The notes: generated by a model not told the origin, from the letters alone. 45,551 nucleotides of DNA from an uncultured Gammaproteobacteria bacterium (GCA_964603435.1 CAZRUM010000002.1:1-45551); one strand, 5' to 3'; shown: positions 1 to 8,885, counted from the first letter of the stretch. Translations and numbers: made by a program.

Positions 1-1350
1 ATAAAATTTTGTGGGGCAGATCGTGGAGTGACTGGTTCTTGTCATTTACTCCAGACAGAGAAGTATAAAGTCCTAGTTGATTGTGGGATGTTTCAGGGTG
101 GAAATTTTAATCAAGGGAAAAATCATGATGATTTTCCTTTCAATGCCTCTGAAATAGACGTCTTACTAGTTACTCACGGACATTTGGATCATGTTGGACG
201 TATTCCCAAATTAATTAAAGATGGATTTCAAGGTAAGATTTGGATGACCAAGGCAACCTGCGAATTTGCTTATTTGATTTGGGTGGATGCTTGGCATATC
301 ATGAAAGAAAATCACAAGCGATATGGTTCGCCAATTTTATTTGATGAGACTGATATTGCTACCGCGCAACAATTTTGTGAAGGTATTGAATATGATAAAG
401 AAATAGAAGTAATGCCTGGAGTGAAAGCTGTGTGGAAAGATGCTGGACATATTTTTGGTTCAGCTTTTATAGAGGTAACTGCCGATGGAAAGAAAATTGC
501 TTTTTCAGGAGACATTGGGAATGAAGGTGTTCCAATTTTAAAAGATACCGATAAACTAAGTTCTGATATTGATGTATTGCTCTGTGAGTCTACCTACGGA
601 GACAGAATCCATGAGACACCAGATGTTCGGCGTGAGGTAATTTTGAAATTAATTAAAGAAGGTGTTGCAAAAGGCGGAACAATAATGGTTCCAGCATTTT
701 CTTTGGAGCGTACACAAGAATTTTTGTATGAATTAAATAAACTGGCTGAATACGATAAGAAATTACCAGACATGCCAATATTTCTAGATAGTCCTTTGGC
801 TATTCATGCTACAGCTGTTTATAAAAAATATCCTAAGTATTATGATGAAGAAGCGATGCGTTTGCATTTGGTCGGAGATGATTTTCTAGATTTTCCAAAT
901 CTGCAAATGACAGAAACAAAAGAAGAATCCAAAAAAATAAACCATGTACCAGGACCAAAGATGATAATTGCTGGATCTGGAATGATGAATGGTGGGCGTA
1001 TTATTCATCATGCTTTTAGATATGTACCAGATCCAAATTCGACTTTGATAATTGTAGGTTATCAAGCTAAGGGTACTTTGGGTAGAAAGTTGTACGAGGG
1101 GCATAAGGAGGTAAAAATATTTAAGCAAGATGTAAAAGTAAATTGTACTGTAAAGGCTATTGGTGCATTATCTGCTCACGGTGATCAGGTAAAACTTTTG
1201 GATTGGGTTGGAAGTGGAGGCAATGTTCCTAAAAAAATATTTTGTGTGCATGGTGAGGAGCATGCCGCTGTAGAACTGTCGCATCGTTTACGTGATAAAT
1301 ATAAAGTAGAGACGTTTGTACCAGAAGAGGAAGAGGAAGTCGAAATTTAA
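1..1350 (+). CDS. beta-CASP metallo-beta-lactamase-fold ribonuclease (RNase J/CPSF73-like), 5' partial. The frame is open from nt 1 (…IKFCGADRGVTGSCHLL).
   Basis: HGHLDHVG metal-binding motif, MBL fold followed by a beta-CASP region; acidic C-terminal tail EEEEEVEI; ORF runs off the 5' edge of the window. Confidence 0.75.
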   Translation: MKFCGADRGVTGSCHLLQTEKYKVLVDCGMFQGGNFNQGKNHDDFPFNASEIDVLLVTHGHLDHVGRIPKLIKDGFQGKIWMTKATCEFAYLIWVDAWHIMKENHKRYGSPILFDETDIATAQQFCEGIEYDKEIEVMPGVKAVWKDAGHIFGSAFIEVTADGKKIAFSGDIGNEGVPILKDTDKLSSDIDVLLCESTYGDRIHETPDVRREVILKLIKEGVAKGGTIMVPAFSLERTQEFLYELNKLAEYDKKLPDMPIFLDSPLAIHATAVYKKYPKYYDEEAMRLHLVGDDFLDFPNLQMTETKEESKKINHVPGPKMIIAGSGMMNGGRIIHHAFRYVPDPNSTLIIVGYQAKGTLGRKLYEGHKEVKIFKQDVKVNCTVKAIGALSAHGDQVKLLDWVGSGGNVPKKIFCVHGEEHAAVELSHRLRDKYKVETFVPEEEEEVEI

Positions 1351-1362
1351 AAAAATAAAAAA

Positions 1363-1388
1363 ACTGTCTAAATGGCAGTTTTTTTTGT
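1363..1388 (+). terminator. Rho-independent terminator after the RNase gene
   Basis: Hairpin ctgtctaaatggcag (one G·U pair) followed by a T8 tract. Confidence 0.55.
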
Positions 1389-1399
1389 TTTTAGTAGGC

Positions 1400-1428
1400 T
1401 TGAAAATTTATAATTTGTATGATATAGT
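1400..1428 (+). promoter_or_regulatory. sigma70-like promoter for uvrB
   Basis: TTGAAA, 17-nt spacer, TATAGT, about 12 nt upstream of the uvrB ATG. Confidence 0.45.
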
Positions 1429-1440
1429 TTTCCATGTTGT

Positions 1441-3465
1441 ATGAATAAATTTAAACTAAAAGCACCCTATAAACCAGCTGGTTCTCAGCCAAAAGCGATA
1501 AAGTCGCTTGTTTCAGGTTTGAGGAAGGGTTTTGAAAAACAAACTTTGCTTGGTGTGACTGGCTCTGGGAAGACTTTTACGGTTGCCAATGTAATAGAAC
1601 AAACACAATTGCCGACTTTGGTGATTGCTCACAACAAGACTCTGGCAGCCCAGCTTTGTAATGAATTTCGTGAATTTTTCCCAGATAATGCCGTGGAATA
1701 TTTTGTATCATATTATGATTATTATCAGCCAGAGGCATATATGCCAGGCAGTGATACTTATATAGAAAAGGAAGCACAGATAAATGAAGAAATAGATAGA
1801 TTGCGTCATGCTTGTACTCAGGCTTTGATTGCACGCAAAGATGTCATTATTGTGGCTAGTGTGTCTGCAATTTATTCGCTTGGTTCACCAAAAGAATATG
1901 AAAAAATTGTTTTGCATTTGGAAAAGAATCAAAAGTTAGATCGCCGTGGTATGATGGCGCAGCTCATTGATATGCAATTTACACGTACCAATCTCGATCT
2001 AAAACGTGGTCAGTTTCGTATGCATGGTCAGGTTTTTGAAATAATGCCGATTAATGAAGAAAAAATTTATCGTTTTGAAATTTCAAATAAAATTGATCTG
2101 ATAGAACTGGTTGACCCAATAACTAGAAAAGTAAAAGCAGAACTTCCCGATGCTTGGTTTTTTCCTGCCAAACATTATGTGGTGTCTGCAGAATCAAGAG
2201 AAAAAGCTTTTGGTAAAATAAAAGAAGAATTAAAAATACGTCTAGAATATTTAAAAAAGAAAGGTAAAGTTTTGGAATATGAAAGGTTAAAGCGAAAAGT
2301 AAAATATGATTTGGAAATGATAAAAAATATAGGTTATTGTAGTGGAATAGAAAATTATTCGGCTGTTTTTGAGGATAGACAGTCCGGTACACCTCCTTTT
2401 ACACTACTCGATTATTTCAAACATAGTTCAGAAGATTTCCTTACAATTATCGACGAATCACATGTCACTGTCCCACAAATTCGTGGAATGTACAATGGTG
2501 ACAAAGCTAGAAAAGAAACTCTTATTGAACACGGATTTCGTTTGCCAAGTGCTTTTGACAATAGACCTCTTAAGTTTCCTGAGTTTGAAAAAAGAACCAA
2601 GCGGGTTATCTATACTTCTGCTACCCCATCTGAATATGAAATAAAAAATAGTGATAAAGTGGTAGAGCAAGTTGTGCGCCCTACAGGTCTAATAGATCCG
2701 GAAATTGTTATTCGTCCTGTAACCGAGAGACCTGGTAAAAACAAATCTCAAATTGAAGATTTACTTATTCGTATTGATGAGCGAGTAAAAAATAAGGAAA
2801 GAGTGTTGGTGACTACACTTACAAAGAAAATGGCAGAAGATCTAAATGATTATTTGCGTGATAAGAAAATTAAAGCATTATATCTGCATAGTGATATAAA
2901 AACTATAGAGCGTATTGATATTATTACAAAACTTCGTAAAGGTGAAATAGATGTGTTGGTGGGAGTTAATCTACTACGTGAAGGTTTGGATATTCCAGAG
3001 GCATCGCTCGTGGCGATTCTCGATGCTGATAAAGAAGGTTTTCTTCGTAATGAAACTAGTCTAATTCAAACTATTGGTCGTGCAGCTAGAAATGTAAATG
3101 GACAGGTGGTAATGTATGCAGACAAAATTACAAAATCAATTGAGAAAGCTATTAGTGAAACTGACCGTCGTCGTAAAGTTCAGCTGGCTTATAATAAAAA
3201 ACATAATATTACACCAAAGACAATTCAGAAAAGTATTAAAAATATTTTGGAAGAGTTTGGTATTTCTTCTACTAAAGCCAAAAATGTTGCCAGAGGAAAA
3301 AGAAAAAAACAATTATTACAGTTGGATCTGGCAGGGGATGGGCGTCCTTTGAAAGAAATTATAAAAGATAAAGAAGATAAAATGAAAGAAGCTGCCCAGA
3401 ATCTGGAATTTGAACTAGCGGCGATTCTGAGAGATGAGTTGCGGGAGTTGAGGAGAATTAAATAA
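1441..3465 (+). CDS. uvrB: excinuclease ABC subunit B (UvrB)
   Basis: 674 aa; GVTGSGKT Walker A, helicase motifs, C-terminal UVR-type domain (ELRELRRIK). Confidence 0.95.
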   Translation: MNKFKLKAPYKPAGSQPKAIKSLVSGLRKGFEKQTLLGVTGSGKTFTVANVIEQTQLPTLVIAHNKTLAAQLCNEFREFFPDNAVEYFVSYYDYYQPEAYMPGSDTYIEKEAQINEEIDRLRHACTQALIARKDVIIVASVSAIYSLGSPKEYEKIVLHLEKNQKLDRRGMMAQLIDMQFTRTNLDLKRGQFRMHGQVFEIMPINEEKIYRFEISNKIDLIELVDPITRKVKAELPDAWFFPAKHYVVSAESREKAFGKIKEELKIRLEYLKKKGKVLEYERLKRKVKYDLEMIKNIGYCSGIENYSAVFEDRQSGTPPFTLLDYFKHSSEDFLTIIDESHVTVPQIRGMYNGDKARKETLIEHGFRLPSAFDNRPLKFPEFEKRTKRVIYTSATPSEYEIKNSDKVVEQVVRPTGLIDPEIVIRPVTERPGKNKSQIEDLLIRIDERVKNKERVLVTTLTKKMAEDLNDYLRDKKIKALYLHSDIKTIERIDIITKLRKGEIDVLVGVNLLREGLDIPEASLVAILDADKEGFLRNETSLIQTIGRAARNVNGQVVMYADKITKSIEKAISETDRRRKVQLAYNKKHNITPKTIQKSIKNILEEFGISSTKAKNVARGKRKKQLLQLDLAGDGRPLKEIIKDKEDKMKEAAQNLEFELAAILRDELRELRRIK

Positions 3466-3474
3466 TAAGTAATC

Positions 3475-3503
3475 AAAAAAATACCTATGTAGGTATTTTT
3501 TTG
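3475..3503. terminator. bidirectional intrinsic terminator after uvrB
   Basis: A-tract, perfect palindrome atacctatgtaggtat, T-tract. Confidence 0.6.
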
Positions 3504-3611
3504 ATTGTCCTCCTTTCCTCCTTGGTGTGTTTGAACAATCGGTGAATGAACGTGGAGATGTCTACTTGTCTGAATGGACGAGTAGGTGCGACGGATTTGT
3601 CGCGAGGTGGG

Positions 3612-3974
3612 TTAGCCCCCAGTGGTCACCATCTGCAGTCCGATGTAGGCCTTGAGGTGGGCGATGTTCCGGCCGTGCATGTTGAGCACCTCCTCGTGCA
3701 GATTGTGCGCGATGATGGCGCGAGCTACAGCGGCCAAGATCTCCCCCTCTCTCTGCATGTTGTAGTATTCGGCGACGTGGAGGAGTGCGTCCTTGAGACA
3801 CTGAAGTCCCTTTTTGGGCACGGTGCACTTCTTGGTCATGTACAAGACCACACAGAGTGCACTTCTCTTCTCTCTTTCAGTGGTCCTCATCTCCTCGAGA
3901 TGAGGCTGGTTGTCTTGACCAGCTTCGAGGAGAATTTCGGTCACTGTTTGATGGAATGGTTTGAATTCGGGCAT
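3612..3974 (-). CDS. hypothetical 120-aa protein encoded in a GC-rich island, divergent from uvrA
   Basis: Intact minus-strand ORF with protein-like composition inside a GC-rich segment of about 440 bp. The overlapping plus-strand ORF 3546..4025 has poor composition and is probably antisense noise. Confidence 0.5.
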   Translation of the reverse strand: MPEFKPFHQTVTEILLEAGQDNQPHLEEMRTTEREKRSALCVVLYMTKKCTVPKKGLQCLKDALLHVAEYYNMQREGEILAAVARAIIAHNLHEEVLNMHGRNIAHLKAYIGLQMVTTGG

Positions 3975-4033
3975 GGTCTACACCCCTTTCTTGTAGGGCA
4001 ATGGTTGTCAATATATCTAAATTAGCAAAAATA

Positions 4034-4089
4034 TTGACTTTTGTCAACCTTATCCACCGATTGACAACTCATACTAATGTAGTATAATT
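4034..4089 (+). promoter_or_regulatory. uvrA promoter (TTGACA, 17-nt spacer, TATAAT at 4061..4089) with an upstream palindromic TTGACttttGTCAA operator-like site
   Basis: Near-consensus -35/-10 pair. TTGAC/GTCAA half-sites recur at 4015, 4034..4047 and 4061. Confidence 0.5.
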
Positions 4090-4163
4090 AGCACATTGTT
4101 CTTTCTTTTATATACCTACCTATAAACCCCTTTGAGAGGGGCTTTTGGTGTGTCTACAAAATT

Positions 4164-6845
4164 ATGGAAAATAAAATAACAATTCGTGGAGCCAGAGAAC
4201 ACAACTTAAAAAATGTGGATCTTGAGTTGCCACGAAATAAAATGATAGCGTTTACAGGTTTGTCTGGGTCTGGAAAATCTAGTTTGGCTTTCGATACTAT
4301 TTTTGCTGAAGGACAGAGACGGTATATAGAGTCTTTGTCTGCTTATGCTCGTCAGTTTCTTGGTGGTATGAATAAACCAGATGTGGACGAAATAGATGGA
4401 TTGTCTCCAGCAATTTCTATTGACCAAAAAGCTCATAGTGCTAACCCGCGCTCGACAGTAGCGACTATCACGGAGATTTATGATTATCTGCGTGTGCTTT
4501 TTGCTAGGGTAGGAAAACCGTACTGTCCGGTTTGTAATACAAAGATAGACAAGATGACGACTGACGAAATGAACGAGCAAATTTTGAAAAGTTTTAAAAA
4601 AGATACCAAGAAAAAAAATAGTGAGATTATTATTCTTGCACCGGTTGTTCGTGGTAGAAAAGGGGAGTATTACCAGATGCTTTATGATATGTACAATACT
4701 GGTTTCCTAGAAGTAAGGGTTGATGGAAAAATGAAAAGTTTGAAAAATAAAATTGTACTCAAGAAAAATTTTAAGCATACAATTGAGATTGTGGTTGATA
4801 AAATAGCAACACTTTCTACAAAAGAAGGCAAAGATAGAATGGCCGAAGCAGTAGAAACTGCGGTAGATTTGTCAGATGGTTTGTGTACAGTAATTTTCCC
4901 AAATGAAAAAGAAGAGATTTTTAGTACAGAATATTCTTGTCCAAAGGATGGTTTTAGTTTTCCAGAAATAGAACCAAGGATGTTTAGTTTCAATAGCCCA
5001 TATGGATATTGTGATTATTGTACCGGTCTTGGTACCAAAAGTTTATTTTCAGAAGAAGTTTGTCCAAAGTGTGAAGGAAAGAGACTAAATAAAAATGCCT
5101 TGTCTGTAAAAGTGAATAAGAAAAATATTTGGGAGATTACAAATCTAACTATTGCTGAGGCTAGAGTCTTTTTCAATGAAATTCTTGATCACCTGAGTGA
5201 AAAAGATTTGGAAATTTCTAGTGCAGTGCTAAAAGAAATTTCCAATCGTCTTCAGTTTATGTTTGAAGTCGGTTTGCATTACCTTACGCTCAATAGAAGA
5301 GCAGGTACTATGTCGGGTGGTGAGGCACAGAGAATAAGACTGGCTTCACAAGTTGGTACACGTTTGGTGGGTGCTTTGTATGTTTTGGATGAACCAACAA
5401 TTGGTTTGCATCAAAAAGATAATGATAGATTGGTTTCTACTTTGCGTAGTCTGTGTGACGTAGGTAATACTATCATTGTAGTAGAACATGACGAGGATAC
5501 AATCTTGGCAAGTGATTGGGTGGTGGATATTGGTCCAGGTGCTGGAACTCACGGAGGAGAGATTGTTTATTCTGGTCCCTTAAGTACAATGTTGAACGAA
5601 ACGAATCCGCCAGCTGGCGGAGGAGTGAAGTCGAAACATCCCGATGTAAAACAACGGGATCCTTCGACTACAACTTCCTCTTCGTTTCACTCAGGGTCAG
5701 TTTTCGCTCAGGATGAAAACTTTGGCTGTAAATTAATTGGTAGTGGAAAAGATTCTCTTACAGGAAAATATTTGCGTGGAGAAAAGAAAATTGAAATCCC
5801 AGCCAAGCGTAGAAAAGTAGATAATCATACCCCAAAAATTAAAATAAAAAAAGCAGCCGAGCATAATCTAAAAAATATTAATGTAGATATTCCATTGCGT
5901 CGTTTGGTTTGTCTGACAGGTGTGTCTGGTTCTGGGAAATCAACCTTGATGCATAAGATTTTGTATCGTGCGGTTGCAAACAGAGTAAATTATCATGGGC
6001 GTGTACCAGCTGACAAAAGAAAACAAACTGGCAAACACAAAGAAGTATTAAATACAGAGTACATTGATAAAATTATTAAGATTGATCAAAAAGCAATTGG
6101 TAGATCACCAAGATCAAATCCTGCCACATATACTGGCACGTGGACATATATCCGCGATCTTTTTGCTTCTACTCCAGAGGCAAAGATTCGTGGTTACAAA
6201 ACTGGTAGGTTTAGTTTCAATCGTCCTGGCGGTAGGTGTGATCATTGTGAGGGTAGGGGAACATTAGAAATTCAGATGCATTTTCTTCCGAGTGTAGAGA
6301 TTGTTTGTGATGTTTGCAAAGGAAAAAGATTCAATCAAGAGACTCTACAAATTCATTACAAGAAAAAAACTATTGCTGATGTCCTCGACATGACAATAGA
6401 AGAAGCGGAAGAATTTTTTCGTGACATTCCATATATTTATGATAAACTAAAAATGTTGAATCAGGTTGGACTAGATTATCTTACGCTTGGTCAGTCTGCC
6501 AAGACTCTTTCTGGTGGTGAGGCACAGAGAACAAAACTAAGTAAGGAACTTGCCAAGAGAAATACAACCAAGACCTTGTATCTGTTAGACGAGCCAACCA
6601 CTGGTTTGCATTACGAAGATGTAAAAAAATTAATTAAAGTTTTGCAGGATTTGGTTTCTAAAGGAAATACTGTCATGGTAATTGAGCATAATCTTGATGT
6701 TATCAAGTGTGCTGACTGGATTATTGATCTAGGACCAGAGGGTGGAGATAAGGGTGGGGAAGTGGTAACAACCGGAACACCAGAGCAGGTTGCAATGTCA
6801 GGTTTTAGTTATACTGGTAAATATTTAAAGCGTGTACTTAAATAA
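4164..6845 (+). CDS. uvrA: excinuclease ABC subunit A (UvrA), carrying an in-frame repeat-element insertion of about 43 aa
   Basis: 893 aa; two ABC ATPase modules (GLSGSGKSS, GVSGSGKSTL; LSGGEAQR signatures twice); Cys-rich zinc modules. An anomalous GC-rich segment NETNPPAGGGVKSK…SGKDSLTGKYL interrupts the normally short linker before the SLTG motif. Confidence 0.95.
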   Translation: MENKITIRGAREHNLKNVDLELPRNKMIAFTGLSGSGKSSLAFDTIFAEGQRRYIESLSAYARQFLGGMNKPDVDEIDGLSPAISIDQKAHSANPRSTVATITEIYDYLRVLFARVGKPYCPVCNTKIDKMTTDEMNEQILKSFKKDTKKKNSEIIILAPVVRGRKGEYYQMLYDMYNTGFLEVRVDGKMKSLKNKIVLKKNFKHTIEIVVDKIATLSTKEGKDRMAEAVETAVDLSDGLCTVIFPNEKEEIFSTEYSCPKDGFSFPEIEPRMFSFNSPYGYCDYCTGLGTKSLFSEEVCPKCEGKRLNKNALSVKVNKKNIWEITNLTIAEARVFFNEILDHLSEKDLEISSAVLKEISNRLQFMFEVGLHYLTLNRRAGTMSGGEAQRIRLASQVGTRLVGALYVLDEPTIGLHQKDNDRLVSTLRSLCDVGNTIIVVEHDEDTILASDWVVDIGPGAGTHGGEIVYSGPLSTMLNETNPPAGGGVKSKHPDVKQRDPSTTTSSSFHSGSVFAQDENFGCKLIGSGKDSLTGKYLRGEKKIEIPAKRRKVDNHTPKIKIKKAAEHNLKNINVDIPLRRLVCLTGVSGSGKSTLMHKILYRAVANRVNYHGRVPADKRKQTGKHKEVLNTEYIDKIIKIDQKAIGRSPRSNPATYTGTWTYIRDLFASTPEAKIRGYKTGRFSFNRPGGRCDHCEGRGTLEIQMHFLPSVEIVCDVCKGKRFNQETLQIHYKKKTIADVLDMTIEEAEEFFRDIPYIYDKLKMLNQVGLDYLTLGQSAKTLSGGEAQRTKLSKELAKRNTTKTLYLLDEPTTGLHYEDVKKLIKVLQDLVSKGNTVMVIEHNLDVIKCADWIIDLGPEGGDKGGEVVTTGTPEQVAMSGFSYTGKYLKRVLK
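5655..5714 (+). repeat. Family-1 hairpin repeat (CGGGATCCTTCG…CTCAGGAT), long variant, in-frame inside uvrA. The wider inserted segment is about 5607..5735.
   Basis: Shares both termini with the copies at 34940, 36456, 41353 and with the minus-orientation copies at 18543 and 41236. Flanked by palindromes ccgccagctggcgg and acatcccgatgt. Confidence 0.7.
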
Positions 6846-6984
6846 ATTTTAAATTTTTTAATAATGTCTAATAGAACACAGATTGAACGAATTAAACTAA
6901 TTAGAACTAATTCGTTTATATTCGTTAGATTAGTTTTATTCGTGTTCTATTAATTGTCTAGGTAATTGGTTTATAAATTATAGT

Positions 6985-8301
6985 ATGGTTAATCTAGAGA
7001 ATAAAATTAAATCGTTTTCATCTGAGCCTGGAATATATCTCTTCTTTAATAAAAAGAAAGAGCTTGTTTATGTTGGGAAAGCAACAAATCTGCGAGCACG
7101 AGTGAGAAGTTATTTCGCAGGAGCAAAAACCTCACGTCCGATAGAACAAATGATTCACCAGGTCGAGAATATTAGAATAAAACAAACTGACAGTGTTTTG
7201 GAAGCTATAATTCTAGAAGCTAATTACATTAAAAAATTTAGACCAAAGTATAATGTTGATTTGAAGGATGATAAGTCGTGGAACTATATCGTGATAACCA
7301 AAGATAGTTATCCTAAAGTTAAGACGATTCGTGCACATGAGCTGGGCGATGTTCTAAATGTTGAAAGTATTAAAAATGTTGTAAATGATAAACAATTACA
7401 ACAGTTAGAACAGGTAAAACAATTTCAACACGTATTCGGCCCTTATCCTGGATTAAACACAAAAGCGACCATGAGATTACTTCAACGTCTGTTTTATATC
7501 TCTACTTGCAGGTCAAATGCAAAGCGGGCTTGTCTTTATCACCAGATGGGACAATGCCTTGGTGTTTGTACGGGGGAGATCACGTCAGCAGAATATAAAA
7601 AGAAAGTAATAAGCCCACTGGTAAAATTTTTACGTGGAAATAAAAAAGGTTTGATACGAGATCTGATTAAAAAAATGAAAGTGGAAAGTAAAGAACAGAA
7701 TTTTGAAGAAGCGGGGAGACTGCGAAATCAAATAAAAGCCTTGGAGAGAATTCACGATATTGCGTTGTTGAATAAAAGTTTTACAGTAGAGACGAGCCTT
7801 GGCGCGTCTCAAAAGTACAAAGTACAACGCGTAGAAGGATACGACATTTCAAATCTAGGTGATACCGGAAAAGTAGGAAGTATGGTTGTATTTGAAAATA
7901 ATTACCCAAACAAATCACAATATAGAAAATTTAAAATTAAAAATGTTGTGGGACAGAGTGATGTTCATTGTCTGGCAGAAATGCTTGAGCGAAGACTAAA
8001 ACACAAAGAATGGAAAATGCCAAATGTATTTTTGATAGACGGTGGTAAACCACAAGTAAATACTACCAAGAAAATTTTAAAAGAAAATAATATTAAAATA
8101 CCAGTGGTAGGAATTGCCAAAGGTCCAGACAGAAAAAAGAATGAAATACACATTGATTTCACAGATTATAAAAAAGATTCCACAGATAAAAAGAATTTTA
8201 TAGAATGGGTTTACAAAAATACCAAGCTTCTTATACAAGTCCGAGATGAGGCGCATAGGTTTGCGATAAAATATCAGAGAAGTTTGAGAAAAATAAAATA
8301 A
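6985..8301 (+). CDS. uvrC: excinuclease ABC subunit C (UvrC), short form lacking the C-terminal (HhH)2 domain
   Basis: 438 aa; N-terminal GIY-YIG (GIYLFFNKKKELVYVGKATNLRARV), Cys-rich region, UVR motif (EEAGRLRNQIKALE), RNase H-like endonuclease domain. The ORF ends before any HhH region. Confidence 0.85.
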   Translation: MVNLENKIKSFSSEPGIYLFFNKKKELVYVGKATNLRARVRSYFAGAKTSRPIEQMIHQVENIRIKQTDSVLEAIILEANYIKKFRPKYNVDLKDDKSWNYIVITKDSYPKVKTIRAHELGDVLNVESIKNVVNDKQLQQLEQVKQFQHVFGPYPGLNTKATMRLLQRLFYISTCRSNAKRACLYHQMGQCLGVCTGEITSAEYKKKVISPLVKFLRGNKKGLIRDLIKKMKVESKEQNFEEAGRLRNQIKALERIHDIALLNKSFTVETSLGASQKYKVQRVEGYDISNLGDTGKVGSMVVFENNYPNKSQYRKFKIKNVVGQSDVHCLAEMLERRLKHKEWKMPNVFLIDGGKPQVNTTKKILKENNIKIPVVGIAKGPDRKKNEIHIDFTDYKKDSTDKKNFIEWVYKNTKLLIQVRDEAHRFAIKYQRSLRKIK

Positions 8302-8305
8302 AAAA

Positions 8306-8335
8306 ATCCCGCCAAATAGGCGGGTTTTGTTTGAG
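8306..8335. terminator. intrinsic terminator after uvrC
   Basis: cccgccaaataggcggg followed by ttttgttt; an A7 tract upstream makes it bidirectional. Confidence 0.65.
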
Positions 8336-8339
8336 AAGG

Positions 8340-8500
8340 GCGCCATGATGGTGATCGGGTGCGCTCCGTCTGCTACATTGTAGCATTGGTGCGACGCCGA
8401 GGGCACCGAAGGCCATCGGCACATCCGTACATCCGAAGATGTTTGGAATCAAGATCGCCGATCGTTAGAAACATCATGGCTGAATTAAACTTATCATATA
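8340..8500 (-). ncRNA. candidate small RNA unit 2 (GC-rich, about 160 nt, minus strand), from TTGACAAAATATT promoter at about 8510 to terminator at 8300..8335
   Basis: No credible ORF. GC-rich structured segment in an AT-rich genome, bounded by a TTGACA-type promoter motif and a bidirectional terminator. The 3' end matches the 3' end of unit 1. Confidence 0.3.
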
Positions 8501-8530
8501 TTGAATATTTTGTCAAGGTGTATATTCATA

Positions 8531-8566
8531 AAAAAATCCCGCCAATTAGACGGGTTTTGTTTGAGA
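8531..8566. terminator. second copy of the cccgcc…gcggg terminator module
   Basis: aaaaaaatcccgccaattagacgggttttgtttgag is near-identical to 8299..8336. Confidence 0.55.
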
Positions 8567-8569
8567 AAG

Positions 8570-8800
8570 AGGGGGTGGGCAAATTCCCCCGGGTGAGCAA
8601 GCTCGCCCTTCATACACATCTTGTTACCACTTTTCAGCAGAGAGTGACCAAGGTCGCGCCCATTCACTCTGCAAGAGTATGTATTTGCCCTGCCTGCTGG
8701 AAGCAAGAAAAGAGTACATCCACTTTTGGTATACTACGTTCAATGTCAAAAAGGCAGTTAGCTCACGCGATCGCTACTTACCCTCCCAGCCTTGCTTATT
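8570..8800 (-). ncRNA. candidate small RNA unit 1 (GC-rich, about 220 nt, minus strand), from a TTGACAAAATATTTTTTTATGCTATCAT promoter at about 8805..8832 to the terminator at 8531..8566
   Basis: No credible ORF. The same promoter/terminator architecture as unit 2, and the shared 3' sequence CTTCTCAAACAAAACCCG-CTAWTTGGCGGGATTTTTTT. Confidence 0.3.
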
Positions 8801-8849
8801 TAGATGATAGCATAAAAAAATATTTTGTCAAGGTCTGTATCTGCATAAT

Positions 8850-8885
8850 AAAAAATCTCCTTAGATAGGAGATTTTTTATTGGCT
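8850..8885 (+). terminator. intrinsic terminator-like hairpin
   Basis: tctccttagataggaga followed by T6. Confidence 0.4.

Noticed and set aside
3546-4025. Plus-strand 159-aa ORF across the GC-rich island
   Set aside because: Its composition is unlike a protein (rich in Gly, His, Leu and Val, typical of antisense translation), it has no SD, and it fully overlaps a better minus-strand ORF.
8359-8868. Plus-strand 169-aa ORF and minus-strand ORFs 8231..8452 and 8494..8706 in the uvrC-mraZ spacer
   Set aside because: They run through terminator hairpins and repeated modules. Their apparent peptide similarity (LKQNPxxWRDFF) is just the translated terminator repeat. No SD is present. The region is better explained as non-coding RNA.
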